Source: Planctomycetota bacterium
GTDB taxonomy: Bacteria; Planctomycetota; UBA1135; UBA2386
NCBI GenBank assembly: GCA_046290465.1
Contig: JBKAGP010000001.1
Span: forward strand, 5,376,001 to 5,440,000
DNA length: 64,000 bases
Direction: 5' to 3'
The number at the start of each line of letters is the position of its first letter. The stretch's first letter is position 1. A program made the translations under genes and the position numbers. The notes under the pieces are model-generated. The model saw nothing but the letters and a program-made list of their open reading frames with translations. It was not told where the DNA came from and ran no database searches. This document shows, in pieces, positions 41,066 through 50,297 of the stretch.

Positions 41066-43579
41066 TCAGCCCGGCAGCTGCACCAGCACGTCGCCCTCGG
41101 TCGCGCCGAGTGGCAGGTCGAACGGACCGACGCGCTGCTTGTCGCCGTCGAAGGTGACCTCGACGTCGAACGGCTCGAGCGGCGCCGGGAACACGTCGAC
41201 GCGCCCTTCGGCGTCGGTGGTGAGGCCACCGGGCATGTGGTAGCCGGTGCGCAGGATCCGGATGCGGGCGCCCGCGACCGCGCGGTCGTCGCGGACGACG
41301 CGCAGGCGTGCGCGCCGCAGCGGCACGTCGAGTGCGACCTCACGCTCGCCTCCCGGGGCGAGCGTCCAGCTGTCGGGCAGCACGATGTTGAGCCAGCCGG
41401 GGCCGGGCTGGGCCGGATAGGTCATGGCGAAGCCGTAGTCGCCGGCGGGCACCAGGCCCTCGAAGCGGCCGTCGTGGTCCGTCGCGATGCGCAGCATCAG
41501 GAACGAGCCAGGCCCGGTGCGCCGCAGGAAGCAGTGCACGTCGGCCAGCGGCTTGCCGCCGGCGACGATCCGTCCACGCACCCGGCCCGGCAGCAGCTGC
41601 GACACGTCGAGCTCGACCGTTCGGGTTTCGCCGTCGGCGAGCGTGACCTGCCCGGTCTTCAGCTTGACCTCGCCCTCGCGCACCTCGCCGGTGCGCAGCC
41701 AGTAGCGCAGCGACAGCGTGTAGCTGCCCGGCGACAGACCGCCGATCACGAACCGGCCCTCGTCGTCCGCGACCGCGGGCGGCGGCGGATCGCTGCCCTC
41801 GCGCGCCGCCAGCACCGCGACCGGCAGCTTGCCGCCGCGCGCGAGTTCCTGCAGCCGCGCGAACGCCGCAGGTGGCGTGAGGCGGCCGCGCACGACCGCG
41901 GCGCTCTGCACGGTGACGTTCGCGTGGGCGCGCGGCGCGACGACGTCCAGCGCCTGGACGTGGGGGGTGTGGGCGAGGCCGGTCACGCGCACGTAGCAGC
42001 GGCCGTGCGGAGCGCGCAGCGACGCGGTGCCGTCGTCGGCCGTGGGCGCGCGCGCCAGCACGACGCACGGCGTCTGCCGTCGGTAGCGGTCGAGGTCGCG
42101 CAGGTCGATCGCGGGCGAACTCGGCTTCGGCGCCTCGCCTTGGAGCGCGAGCAGCAGCTCGACCTGGCTGCCGGCGACGGGGCGGCCGTCGGCGGTGCGC
42201 ACCTGCACGGTGGTCGGCACCGGCGGCGGCGTGCGCACCTGTAGCTGGCTCGTCTCGACGCCCGACTGCACCGCGAACGGCGTCGGGGCCGAGATCGCCA
42301 GATCGCCGCGGCGCGGCATCGCCAGGACGGCGTGTGGGCCCGCCGGCAGGCGCTCGATGCGCGCCCGTCCGTCGGGGTGGTGGCCGCGCAGCGTGCGTCC
42401 TCCAACCGGCGTTAGCTTGCGTTCGCCGCGCAGCACGAACAGCGTGTAGTCCTCGACGGGCGCGCCCGCCTCGTCGACGACCTGGACGGCCTGAGCGCCG
42501 CGTTGCTGCATGACGACCGCGACGTCCCTGGCGCCCCACGCGACCCGTTCGCCGACGGCGGGCTGGACGCGGTCGTAGCGGGCCTCGGGGTCGCTGACCG
42601 ACAGCGCGGCGCCGGCCTTGCCGTTGTCGGGGATCGGTCCAGCGCGCCGGATCGTGAACGCGCCGGACGGGCCGCTGCGGCCGCGGCCGATGAAGCCCTC
42701 GCCCTGCACGCTGAGGCGCAGGCCGGCGATCGGGTTGCCGGCGGTGTCGCGCACCGTGCCGCGGATGTCGAACTGGGGATCCGGTCGTTCGACGACGACC
42801 CGCAGGTCGTACGAGGTCTCGTCGCTCAGCTTGACCGACCGTGGCGCGACCAGCGCGCCGGTGTCCTCGGCGCCGATGTACCACTCGCCGGGGTGCGCGG
42901 CCCTCGGGAACGCGAACCGTCCCGCGGCATCGCTGGTGGCGCGCAGCATCGAGCGGGTCTCGGTCGTCTGGCCGCCGTCGAGCGCGATGTAGACGAACAT
43001 CATGCTGACGTTCTCGACACCGACGCCCTGCTGGTCGACGACGATGCCCTTCACCGGGATGGCGCGCAGCATCGCGATGTCGCCGAGGTCGATGGTCTGC
43101 CCGGGCTGCGGCTGTGGCCACCGCGCGCTGCGCGCGCAGTAGCCGTCCGCGTGCACCCGCAGCGCGACCGTGTCGACCCAGTCGTCGTAGCCGATCTCGC
43201 AGCGAAACCTGCCGTCCTCGGCCGTGAGCGCGGCTGCCGGCGCGCCGTCCCACGCGGCGTCGCGTTCGGCGCGCGTCGCCTCGCGGCGCAGCTGCACCGC
43301 GACGCCGGCGAGCGGCGCGGTGCCGGCATCGACGCAGCGCCCGAGCAGCGTGAGGCGCGACGTGTCGGCGTGCTCCGGCTGGCGCGCGGTGGCCTCCACC
43401 TCCGTGCGCCCGAGCGGAGCGTCGTCACGTTCGCCCTCGGCGCCGGCGGGCGCGGCAGGCTGCTGCGACGGCCGCGGGCCGGAGTCCGGAACGGGGGCCG
43501 GAGTCGGGTCGCCGAACGCCAGCCAGAGCCCGAGCAACAGGGCCAGCAGCGCGACGACCAACACGAGGGGGCGGTGCAT
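41066..43579 (-). CDS. Membrane-anchored carboxypeptidase-regulatory-like repeat protein
   Basis: N-terminal TM; repeats G.V.D..G.P, TD..GRF. Confidence 0.75.
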   Translation of the reverse strand: MHRPLVLVVALLALLLGLWLAFGDPTPAPVPDSGPRPSQQPAAPAGAEGERDDAPLGRTEVEATARQPEHADTSRLTLLGRCVDAGTAPLAGVAVQLRREATRAERDAAWDGAPAAALTAEDGRFRCEIGYDDWVDTVALRVHADGYCARSARWPQPQPGQTIDLGDIAMLRAIPVKGIVVDQQGVGVENVSMMFVYIALDGGQTTETRSMLRATSDAAGRFAFPRAAHPGEWYIGAEDTGALVAPRSVKLSDETSYDLRVVVERPDPQFDIRGTVRDTAGNPIAGLRLSVQGEGFIGRGRSGPSGAFTIRRAGPIPDNGKAGAALSVSDPEARYDRVQPAVGERVAWGARDVAVVMQQRGAQAVQVVDEAGAPVEDYTLFVLRGERKLTPVGGRTLRGHHPDGRARIERLPAGPHAVLAMPRRGDLAISAPTPFAVQSGVETSQLQVRTPPPVPTTVQVRTADGRPVAGSQVELLLALQGEAPKPSSPAIDLRDLDRYRRQTPCVVLARAPTADDGTASLRAPHGRCYVRVTGLAHTPHVQALDVVAPRAHANVTVQSAAVVRGRLTPPAAFARLQELARGGKLPVAVLAAREGSDPPPPAVADDEGRFVIGGLSPGSYTLSLRYWLRTGEVREGEVKLKTGQVTLADGETRTVELDVSQLLPGRVRGRIVAGGKPLADVHCFLRRTGPGSFLMLRIATDHDGRFEGLVPAGDYGFAMTYPAQPGPGWLNIVLPDSWTLAPGGEREVALDVPLRRARLRVVRDDRAVAGARIRILRTGYHMPGGLTTDAEGRVDVFPAPLEPFDVEVTFDGDKQRVGPFDLPLGATEGDVLVQLPG

Positions 43580-43616
43580 GGCGGGATGATACGCAGCCGC
43601 GTCGTCGACGGAGAGT

Positions 43617-45068
43617 TCACCAGGCGCTGCTCCGGATCGGCACGTCGACGTGCGCGGCCCAGCTGCGGATCACCCGTTCGGCGTCATCGGGTGCGCGCGC
43701 GTTGCGGCGGCCGCGCGCCTGGAAGATCCGGCCGCGCCACCACTCGACGGTCGCGACGTGCTCGACCTTGCCACCGCGCAGCGCGCGGATCGAGAAGATC
43801 CGCGACTGCCCTTCGGCGCAGTCGCCGGTGTAGGTGTAGACGCAGTGCCCCATGGTCTGGCCCTCGTGCCGCAGTTCGGGGGCGCTGCACAGTTCGACCA
43901 CGACCCAGGTCTCGCGGCCGGTCGCGCCCTGCCGCTCTTCGCGGTAGCCCCCGAGCTCGCTGCGTTCCCAGCTGCGCCCGCTCTGGCTGCCGTCGACCAC
44001 GAAGCCGAAGCGGCGATGCCAGGCGTCGCTCTGGCGGCGCAGCGCGTCCGGGTCGCGGCCCGCCATCGTCAGGTTGGGTTGCGGCGGCGGCAGCCGCCGC
44101 CGCTGGCCGTTGGCGTCGACGCACGCAGCGCCGACGAAGCGCTGGTCGTACAGGTAGTCGACGATCGCGATGACCTCGTAGCGGCGCTCGAAGCGGTGCT
44201 GCACCAGGAACGCGACGACCGTTCGCCAGAAGTCGTCGTGCTCGAACGCGCGACCGAGCCGAGAGGCGCACAGCGCGCGGGCCAGCTCCTCGCTGCCGCC
44301 GAGGCCGCGGACCTGGCCGTAGCGCAACGCTGCGTCCGGGTCGAGGTCGTCGGGTGCCTGCTGGAACCAGTGCGCCATCCTGCGGGTGTAGGCGAGCGGC
44401 AGGTCGAGCGAGCGCACGCTGCGGCCGCGCGCGAGCCCGACGAACCAGCGCCGGTGACGGGCCGCGTGGTCGTCGCCCTCGTGCCAGCACGCCTGCAGCA
44501 GCCGCGGCGGTTCGAACTCGACGAAGCAGTGGCGGAGCAGGCTCTCGAGCATGCGCGTGCGGTTGTGGGTGGTCGGCCGCCAGGTCTCCGGATCCCGGCA
44601 GCGATCGCGCCAGTGGTCGAGCATGCGGACCAGCACGGCGAACGTGTCGTCGTCCGGTTCGAGCAGCTTCGGCGCGACCCGCAGCAGTCGGCGCAACAGC
44701 GCGCGCAGCAGGGTGCGGCGGCCGTCGTCCGTCGGTGTCTGCAGCGCCGCGTGCAACGGCGCGAAGCCGTTGTCCCCAGCCTCGCACTCTCCGCGCAGCA
44801 GGCGGCGCGTCGCGGCCTTCGGGTTGCGCGTGCGGCGGCCCTCGCGGGCACGTCGTTCGACGGCCACGCGGCGGGCGTGGCGCGCCTCGCGTCGCCGTTC
44901 GAACGTCGTCTTGCGGACGTGGTGGGGGAAGTGGTGGCGCCGACACCACTCGAGGTAGGTGGCGACGGAGGCGAAGCCGAGCAGCCTGACGTGTCGCTGC
45001 ATGTCGGCGGAGAGCTGGTCGAACGAAGGTCCGACGCGCGCCTTCTTGCGGCGCGACTTGCTGGCCAT
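43617..45068 (-). CDS. PcfJ domain-containing protein
   Basis: C-terminal ELRHEGQTMGHCVYTY...SRIFSIR...ATVEW...QARGRRN; middle ALRYGQVRGLGG, FWRTVVAFL. Confidence 0.82.
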   Translation of the reverse strand: MASKSRRKKARVGPSFDQLSADMQRHVRLLGFASVATYLEWCRRHHFPHHVRKTTFERRREARHARRVAVERRAREGRRTRNPKAATRRLLRGECEAGDNGFAPLHAALQTPTDDGRRTLLRALLRRLLRVAPKLLEPDDDTFAVLVRMLDHWRDRCRDPETWRPTTHNRTRMLESLLRHCFVEFEPPRLLQACWHEGDDHAARHRRWFVGLARGRSVRSLDLPLAYTRRMAHWFQQAPDDLDPDAALRYGQVRGLGGSEELARALCASRLGRAFEHDDFWRTVVAFLVQHRFERRYEVIAIVDYLYDQRFVGAACVDANGQRRRLPPPQPNLTMAGRDPDALRRQSDAWHRRFGFVVDGSQSGRSWERSELGGYREERQGATGRETWVVVELCSAPELRHEGQTMGHCVYTYTGDCAEGQSRIFSIRALRGGKVEHVATVEWWRGRIFQARGRRNARAPDDAERVIRSWAAHVDVPIRSSAW

Positions 45069-45259
45069 GGTGATCTCTCGTGACTCGATCCTGGGCCCGT
45101 GACGGGCCGGGTCGCGCAGCTACCGACGAAGCGGTGGCTGCGCACCTCGCCCCCTGGCCGCCGGGTGGCGGCGTCGACGGGAGCGTCCTCTGGTGCCGAT
45201 GACGGCGTGCCGGCGGCCCGGCGCTATGGCGCGGCGGGCGCGACGGCGGTCTGCCGCCT

Positions 45260-45298
45260 TCAGGCGCGGACCGAGGAGGGATGGAGGAGGAACAGCAT
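45260..45298 (-). other. Putative 12-aa leader peptide MLFLLHPSSVRA upstream of the PcfJ gene
   Basis: ATG...TGA between a sigma70-like promoter and several hairpins. Confidence 0.35.
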
Positions 45299-45341
45299 GA
45301 CTCTGCGTTGCGGCCGGCGTTCGCCGACCGATCGGCGCGGG

Positions 45342-45370
45342 ATGATGCCAGCGCCGGTCCCGCTGTGCAA
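45342..45370 (-). promoter_or_regulatory. Sigma70-like promoter TTGCAC-N17-CATCAT for the PcfJ gene
   Basis: Exact 17-nt spacer in a 350-bp intergenic region. Confidence 0.5.
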
Positions 45371-45417
45371 TCCCCTCGCAGGAGATCGGCCAGCGGCAAC
45401 GACCCGCTCGGCGAGGA

Positions 45418-47724
45418 TCAGCGCGGCGACGGCTGCAGCAGTTCGCGGATCGCGGTCGCGAGTTCGGTCGCGAGCAGCGGCTTGCCGAGGACACGCGTCA
45501 CCCCCGACTCCAGCGCGCGCTCTTGCGCCTCGGTCTCCATGAAGCCCGAGCACAGCACGATCGGCAGATCGGCGCGCAGCGCGCGGACCCGGGTCGCGGT
45601 CTCGATGCCGTCGAGGCCGGGCATGTCGAGGTCGGTGACGACCACGTCGAACTGCGTCGGGTCGTCCTGCAGCGTCTCGAGGGCGCGGCGCGGATCCTCG
45701 ACGGCGGTGATGCGCAGGCCGAAGCGCTGCAGCCCGCGGCTGAGCACGCTCAGCAGCTTCGGTTCGTCGTCGACCAGCAGCACCCGCGCGTTCTCGACCG
45801 GATCGCGGTCCGTGGCCGGCTCGTCGGCGGCGGCGGCCTCGGCGGCCGGCGGCAGGTAGACGCGGAACGTCGTGCCCTGGCCCGGGGCGCTGCGCACGTC
45901 GATCGCGCCGCCGTGGTTCTTGACGATGCCGTGCACGACCGAGAGCCCGAGGCCGGTGCCCTGTCCCGACGGCTTGGTCGTGAAGAACGGCTCGAAGATG
46001 TGTTGCAGGGTGTGCGCATCCATGCCGGCGCCGTCGTCGCGGACCTCGACGATCGCGTAGTCCGCGTCGACGCGTTCGAGGTCCTCGCCGCCGACCTCGG
46101 GTGGCAGCGGGCCGGCGAAGGTCTGGAAGGTCACGTGCCCCTCGCCGTCGCCGATCGCGTGCCACGCGTTGGTGCCGAGGTTGACGAGCACCTGGTGCAG
46201 CTGCTCCGGATCGGCGGCGACGGCCGGGATCGCCTCGTGGATCTGGCTGTCGACGGCGACCCGCTGCGGGGTCGTCGAGCGCACCAGCCGCACCGCCTCC
46301 CGCGTGGTCTGGGCGAGGCAGACGCGCCGTCGCACCGGCGTCTCGTTGCGGCTGAACGCGAGGATCTGGCGGACCAGCGAGCGCGCCCGTTCGCCGGCCT
46401 TCTTGATCTCCTGCAGCGACTCGACCAGCTCGGGCGCCTCGGTCTCGAGCAGCGCGAGTTCGCAGTTGCCCGAGATGATGCTCAGGATGTTGTTGAAGTC
46501 GTGCGCGATGCCGCCGGCCAGCGTGCCCATCGCCTCCAGCCGCTGCAGCGTGCTCATGCGCTGCGCCAGCTCGACGCGCTGGTCCTCGTCCTGCTTCTGG
46601 GCGGTCACGTCGACGTGGCAGCCGAAGAACCGCAGCGGCTTGCCGTCGCCGTCGCGCACCGCCTCGCCGCGCACGTAGATCCAGCGGTAGCTGCCGTCCT
46701 TGTGCCGGAAGCGAAACCGCGTCTCGTAGACGCTGCTCTGGCCCTCGACGTGCTGCTGCACCGCCGCCATCGCGGGCTCGAGGTCGTCCGGATGCACGCG
46801 GCTGCGCCACTCCTCGAAGTCGTCGGCGATCTCGTGCGGCTGGTAGCCGATCTGCGCCTTCCACTCGGGGCTGAAGTGCACGCTGTTGGTGGTCAGGTCC
46901 CACTCCCAGAAGCCGATCTGGCTGGCGCGTGCGGCGACGTCGAGGCGCAGCTGGTTCTCGGCCAGCTCCAGCTGGTAGCGGCGCCGTTCGCTGATGTCGC
47001 GGTTGAACGTGACGACGCAGGTGCGCCCCGCGATCGTCGCCCGGCGGGCCGAGATCTCGGTCGGGAACTCGCGTCCGTCGCGGTGCCGGTGCAGCGCCTC
47101 GAAGTGGATCTCGCCGTCGCGCATCAGCTGCGCGATGCGCTGCTGCACCAGCTCGGCGTCGCGCGGGGCGTCGAGGTCGCCGATGTGCATCTGCAGCAGT
47201 TCGTCGCGGGTGTAGCCGTGCATGGTCGCCGCGAGCGTGTTGGCGTCGAGGATCTTGCCGGTCTCACCGGGCTCGGTCGACAGCAGGAACACCGCGTCCG
47301 GGGCCGCTTCGAAGAACTGCCGGTAGCGCTCTTCGCTCGCCTGCAGCGCCGTCTCCGCGATCCGCGCCTGGGTGACGTCCTCGTGCGAGATCAACGCGCA
47401 GCGGGTGGCGTCGAGCACGAGGATCTGGCCACGGACCTGCAGGCGCCGGGTCTCGCCGCCGGTCGACGTCGTGACCTCCTGGTCGAAGTGGTCGACGGAG
47501 CCGTCGAGCAGCCGCCGCAGCGAGCCCAGCAAAGCGGGGTCGGCGAGGCCTTGGCAGGCTCTCGCGTAGCTGTCGCCCTTGTCGTGAGCGCCCGGGATCG
47601 GCGCGTCGCAGCGGCGCCATGCGTCGTTGACCCAGGCGATCACACCCTGGTCGTCGAGCAGGCACGCCTGGCCACTGCAACGTCCGGACTCCTGGTTCGT
47701 CCGATCGTGATTCGAGGTGCTCAT
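45418..47724 (-). CDS. Multi-PAS hybrid sensor histidine kinase/response regulator
   Basis: PAS/PAC domains, AHDFNN, NLGTNA, DDGAGM, GTGLGL, receiver VVTDLDMPG...KP. Confidence 0.93.
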   Translation of the reverse strand: MSTSNHDRTNQESGRCSGQACLLDDQGVIAWVNDAWRRCDAPIPGAHDKGDSYARACQGLADPALLGSLRRLLDGSVDHFDQEVTTSTGGETRRLQVRGQILVLDATRCALISHEDVTQARIAETALQASEERYRQFFEAAPDAVFLLSTEPGETGKILDANTLAATMHGYTRDELLQMHIGDLDAPRDAELVQQRIAQLMRDGEIHFEALHRHRDGREFPTEISARRATIAGRTCVVTFNRDISERRRYQLELAENQLRLDVAARASQIGFWEWDLTTNSVHFSPEWKAQIGYQPHEIADDFEEWRSRVHPDDLEPAMAAVQQHVEGQSSVYETRFRFRHKDGSYRWIYVRGEAVRDGDGKPLRFFGCHVDVTAQKQDEDQRVELAQRMSTLQRLEAMGTLAGGIAHDFNNILSIISGNCELALLETEAPELVESLQEIKKAGERARSLVRQILAFSRNETPVRRRVCLAQTTREAVRLVRSTTPQRVAVDSQIHEAIPAVAADPEQLHQVLVNLGTNAWHAIGDGEGHVTFQTFAGPLPPEVGGEDLERVDADYAIVEVRDDGAGMDAHTLQHIFEPFFTTKPSGQGTGLGLSVVHGIVKNHGGAIDVRSAPGQGTTFRVYLPPAAEAAAADEPATDRDPVENARVLLVDDEPKLLSVLSRGLQRFGLRITAVEDPRRALETLQDDPTQFDVVVTDLDMPGLDGIETATRVRALRADLPIVLCSGFMETEAQERALESGVTRVLGKPLLATELATAIRELLQPSPR

Positions 47725-47800
47725 GGGAGCCGGGCCCAATGTAGCGCGGCCGGGGCGCTGGCCATCACGGCTTTCTTCCGGCTGCTACATTGGTCGAACC

Positions 47801-50272
47801 ATGCTTCGCTCGTCGCAACGTCTCGTCCTCGCCGCCGCGCTGCTCGTGGCCGCCGTTCCGTGCCAGACCCCGGACGTCGCGGGGCTGCAGCGATCGCTGC
47901 TCGAGGTCCGCGTCTCGGGTCCGGCCCAGCTGCTGCAGCTGCTGGCGCTCGACCTCGACCTCGCCGGCTGCCGCACGCCGCTGCTCGGCCAGCGGCGCAT
48001 CGAGGTGATCGGCCGGCCGGGCGATCTCGCGACGCTGCAGCAGGCCGGCATCCCGTGCCGCGTGGTGGTGCCGGACCTGATGGCGCAGCACGCGGCAGCG
48101 CTCGCCCAGCACGCGCTGCCGGTCGAGGACACGCTGACGCCGCCGATCGGCCAGGGCGCGATGGGCGGCCACTACACGCTCGCCGAGATGGAGGCGATCC
48201 TCGACGACTTCCACAGCAACCATCCGAACCTGTGTTCGCAGAAGGTCAGCATCGGGCAGTCGATCGAGGGCCGCGACATCTGGATGGTCAAGATCAGCGA
48301 CAACGTCGGCGTCGACGAGAACGAGCCGGAGGTGCTCTACGACGCGCTGCACCACGCGCGCGAGCCGCTGTCGATGTCGACGACGCTGCTGTTCATGGAC
48401 GAGCTGCTCGACGGCTACGGTGTCGATCCGGAGGCGACGTTCCTGATCGACGAGCGCGAGCTCTACTTCGTGCCGTGCGTCAATCCGGACGGCTACGAAT
48501 ACAACCGCGCGATCGCGCCCAACGGCGGCGGCATGTGGCGGAAGAACCGCCGCGACAACGGCAACGGCAGCTTCGGGGTCGACCTCAACCGCAACTACGC
48601 GACCTGGTGGAACGCGCCGAACGGCGGCAGTTCGAGCAGCCCGTCGAGCGACCTGTATCGCGGCACGGCGCCGTTCTCGGAGCCGGAGACGGCGGCGGTC
48701 GAGGCGTTCTCGGCGACGCGCCAGTTCGTGCAGGTGTTCAGTTCGCACAGCTACACCGACGTGCTGCTGCGGCCGTGGGCCTACCAGCTCGGCGACCCGC
48801 AGAACGTCGCGGCCTACGACGTGCTCGGCGCGTTCATGGTGCAGGAGAACGGCATCCAGCACGGTCGCTGGGGCTCGCTGCTCTACATCTCGTCGGGCAC
48901 GTCGATCGACCATCACCACGCGGTGCGCGGTTCGTATGCCTGGACCGCGGAGCTCGGCCGCGCCAACGAGGGCGGCTTCTGGCCGGTGGGCGCGACCATC
49001 GAGGCGATCGCGCGCCGCCACCAGCGCATGTTCCGGAAGGCGGCGCTGACCGCCGGCGCGGCGTTCCGCATCGACGGCGTCGCGATCACCGAGGCGACCG
49101 GCGGCAACGGCAACGGCGTCGTCGAGCCGGGTGAGACCGGCGAGGTGGTGGTTCTGGTCGACAACGTCGGCGCGGCCGCAGCCGCGCTGACGGTCGAGCT
49201 GCTGACGCCCGATCCCCAGATCGTGCTCGGCACCAACCTGGTCGCGCTCGGCGGGCTGCCGGAGTTCGCCAGCGCCGGCAACCAGGCGATGCCGCTGACG
49301 TTCGACGTGCCGGCCGGCTACGTCGGCGCGGTCGCCCCGCTGGTGCTGCGCGTCCGTGGCGACGGCCGCACGCAGGAACAGGTGGTCGACGTCGCGCTGC
49401 TGCCGACGCGACGCTGCGTCGACGACGACTTCGAAGTCGACCGCGGCTTCGTGCGCGCCAGCGGCGGCACCGCGACCACGGGCATGTGGGAGCGGGCCGT
49501 GCCGCAGCAGACGATCTGGAACGGGCAGGTGATGCAGCCGGGCACGCAGACGACGGCCGGCGGTTCGCAGTGCTGGGTGACGCAGGCCAACCCCGGCACG
49601 TCGGTCGGCAGCTTCGACGTCGACGCCGGCTACACCGACCTGCACACGCCGCCGGTCGACCTGTCGCACCTGGCCGCGGCGAGCGTGGCGTTCGACCTAC
49701 ACTACGCCGAAAGCACCTCGGACGACGCGCTGCAGGTCGACGCCAGCCTCGACGGCGGTGCCACCTGGCAATCGCTCTACGCGAGCAACAGTTCGACCGG
49801 TGGCTGGCAGCGCCTCGAACTGCCGCTGCCGACGCCGCTGACCGACGAAGTGGTCGTGCGGGTGCGCGCGCAGGACCTGGCGCCGTCGCTGGTCGAGGCC
49901 GCGGTCGACGGCTTCGAGATCGTCGCGCCGGCGCCGGACGGCGCGGTCACGCTGCTCGGCAGCGGCGTGCTCGGGACCAGCCTGCGCGTCGGCATGACCG
50001 GTCCGGCCGGTGGGTTGGTGCTGCCGGTCGGCGCGCTCGGCCTCGGCCCGGGGCTGACCGCACCGGGCGTGGCGGGCACGCTGCTGCTCGATCCGGGCAC
50101 GGTCGCGCTGTTCCCGCTGCAGCCGATGACGGCCAGCAGCTTTGCCGCGATCGAGCTGCCGCTGCCGGTGCAGGGTGGCCTGATCGGCGTGCCGATCGCG
50201 TTCCAGGCGGTGGTGGTCGACGGCGGCAGCATCGCCTTCGGCCGCAACGCGCCGGTGGTGACGCTGCAGTAG
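47801..50272 (+). CDS. Secreted M14 zinc carboxypeptidase (carboxypeptidase T-like) with C-terminal beta domains
   Basis: HHAREP, NPDG, WRKNR, GVDLNRNY, FSEPET, HSY, TAELG. Confidence 0.92.
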   Translation: MLRSSQRLVLAAALLVAAVPCQTPDVAGLQRSLLEVRVSGPAQLLQLLALDLDLAGCRTPLLGQRRIEVIGRPGDLATLQQAGIPCRVVVPDLMAQHAAALAQHALPVEDTLTPPIGQGAMGGHYTLAEMEAILDDFHSNHPNLCSQKVSIGQSIEGRDIWMVKISDNVGVDENEPEVLYDALHHAREPLSMSTTLLFMDELLDGYGVDPEATFLIDERELYFVPCVNPDGYEYNRAIAPNGGGMWRKNRRDNGNGSFGVDLNRNYATWWNAPNGGSSSSPSSDLYRGTAPFSEPETAAVEAFSATRQFVQVFSSHSYTDVLLRPWAYQLGDPQNVAAYDVLGAFMVQENGIQHGRWGSLLYISSGTSIDHHHAVRGSYAWTAELGRANEGGFWPVGATIEAIARRHQRMFRKAALTAGAAFRIDGVAITEATGGNGNGVVEPGETGEVVVLVDNVGAAAAALTVELLTPDPQIVLGTNLVALGGLPEFASAGNQAMPLTFDVPAGYVGAVAPLVLRVRGDGRTQEQVVDVALLPTRRCVDDDFEVDRGFVRASGGTATTGMWERAVPQQTIWNGQVMQPGTQTTAGGSQCWVTQANPGTSVGSFDVDAGYTDLHTPPVDLSHLAAASVAFDLHYAESTSDDALQVDASLDGGATWQSLYASNSSTGGWQRLELPLPTPLTDEVVVRVRAQDLAPSLVEAAVDGFEIVAPAPDGAVTLLGSGVLGTSLRVGMTGPAGGLVLPVGALGLGPGLTAPGVAGTLLLDPGTVALFPLQPMTASSFAAIELPLPVQGGLIGVPIAFQAVVVDGGSIAFGRNAPVVTLQ

Positions 50273-50297
50273 CCGCGCGGCTCACTTGCCGCGCAGC

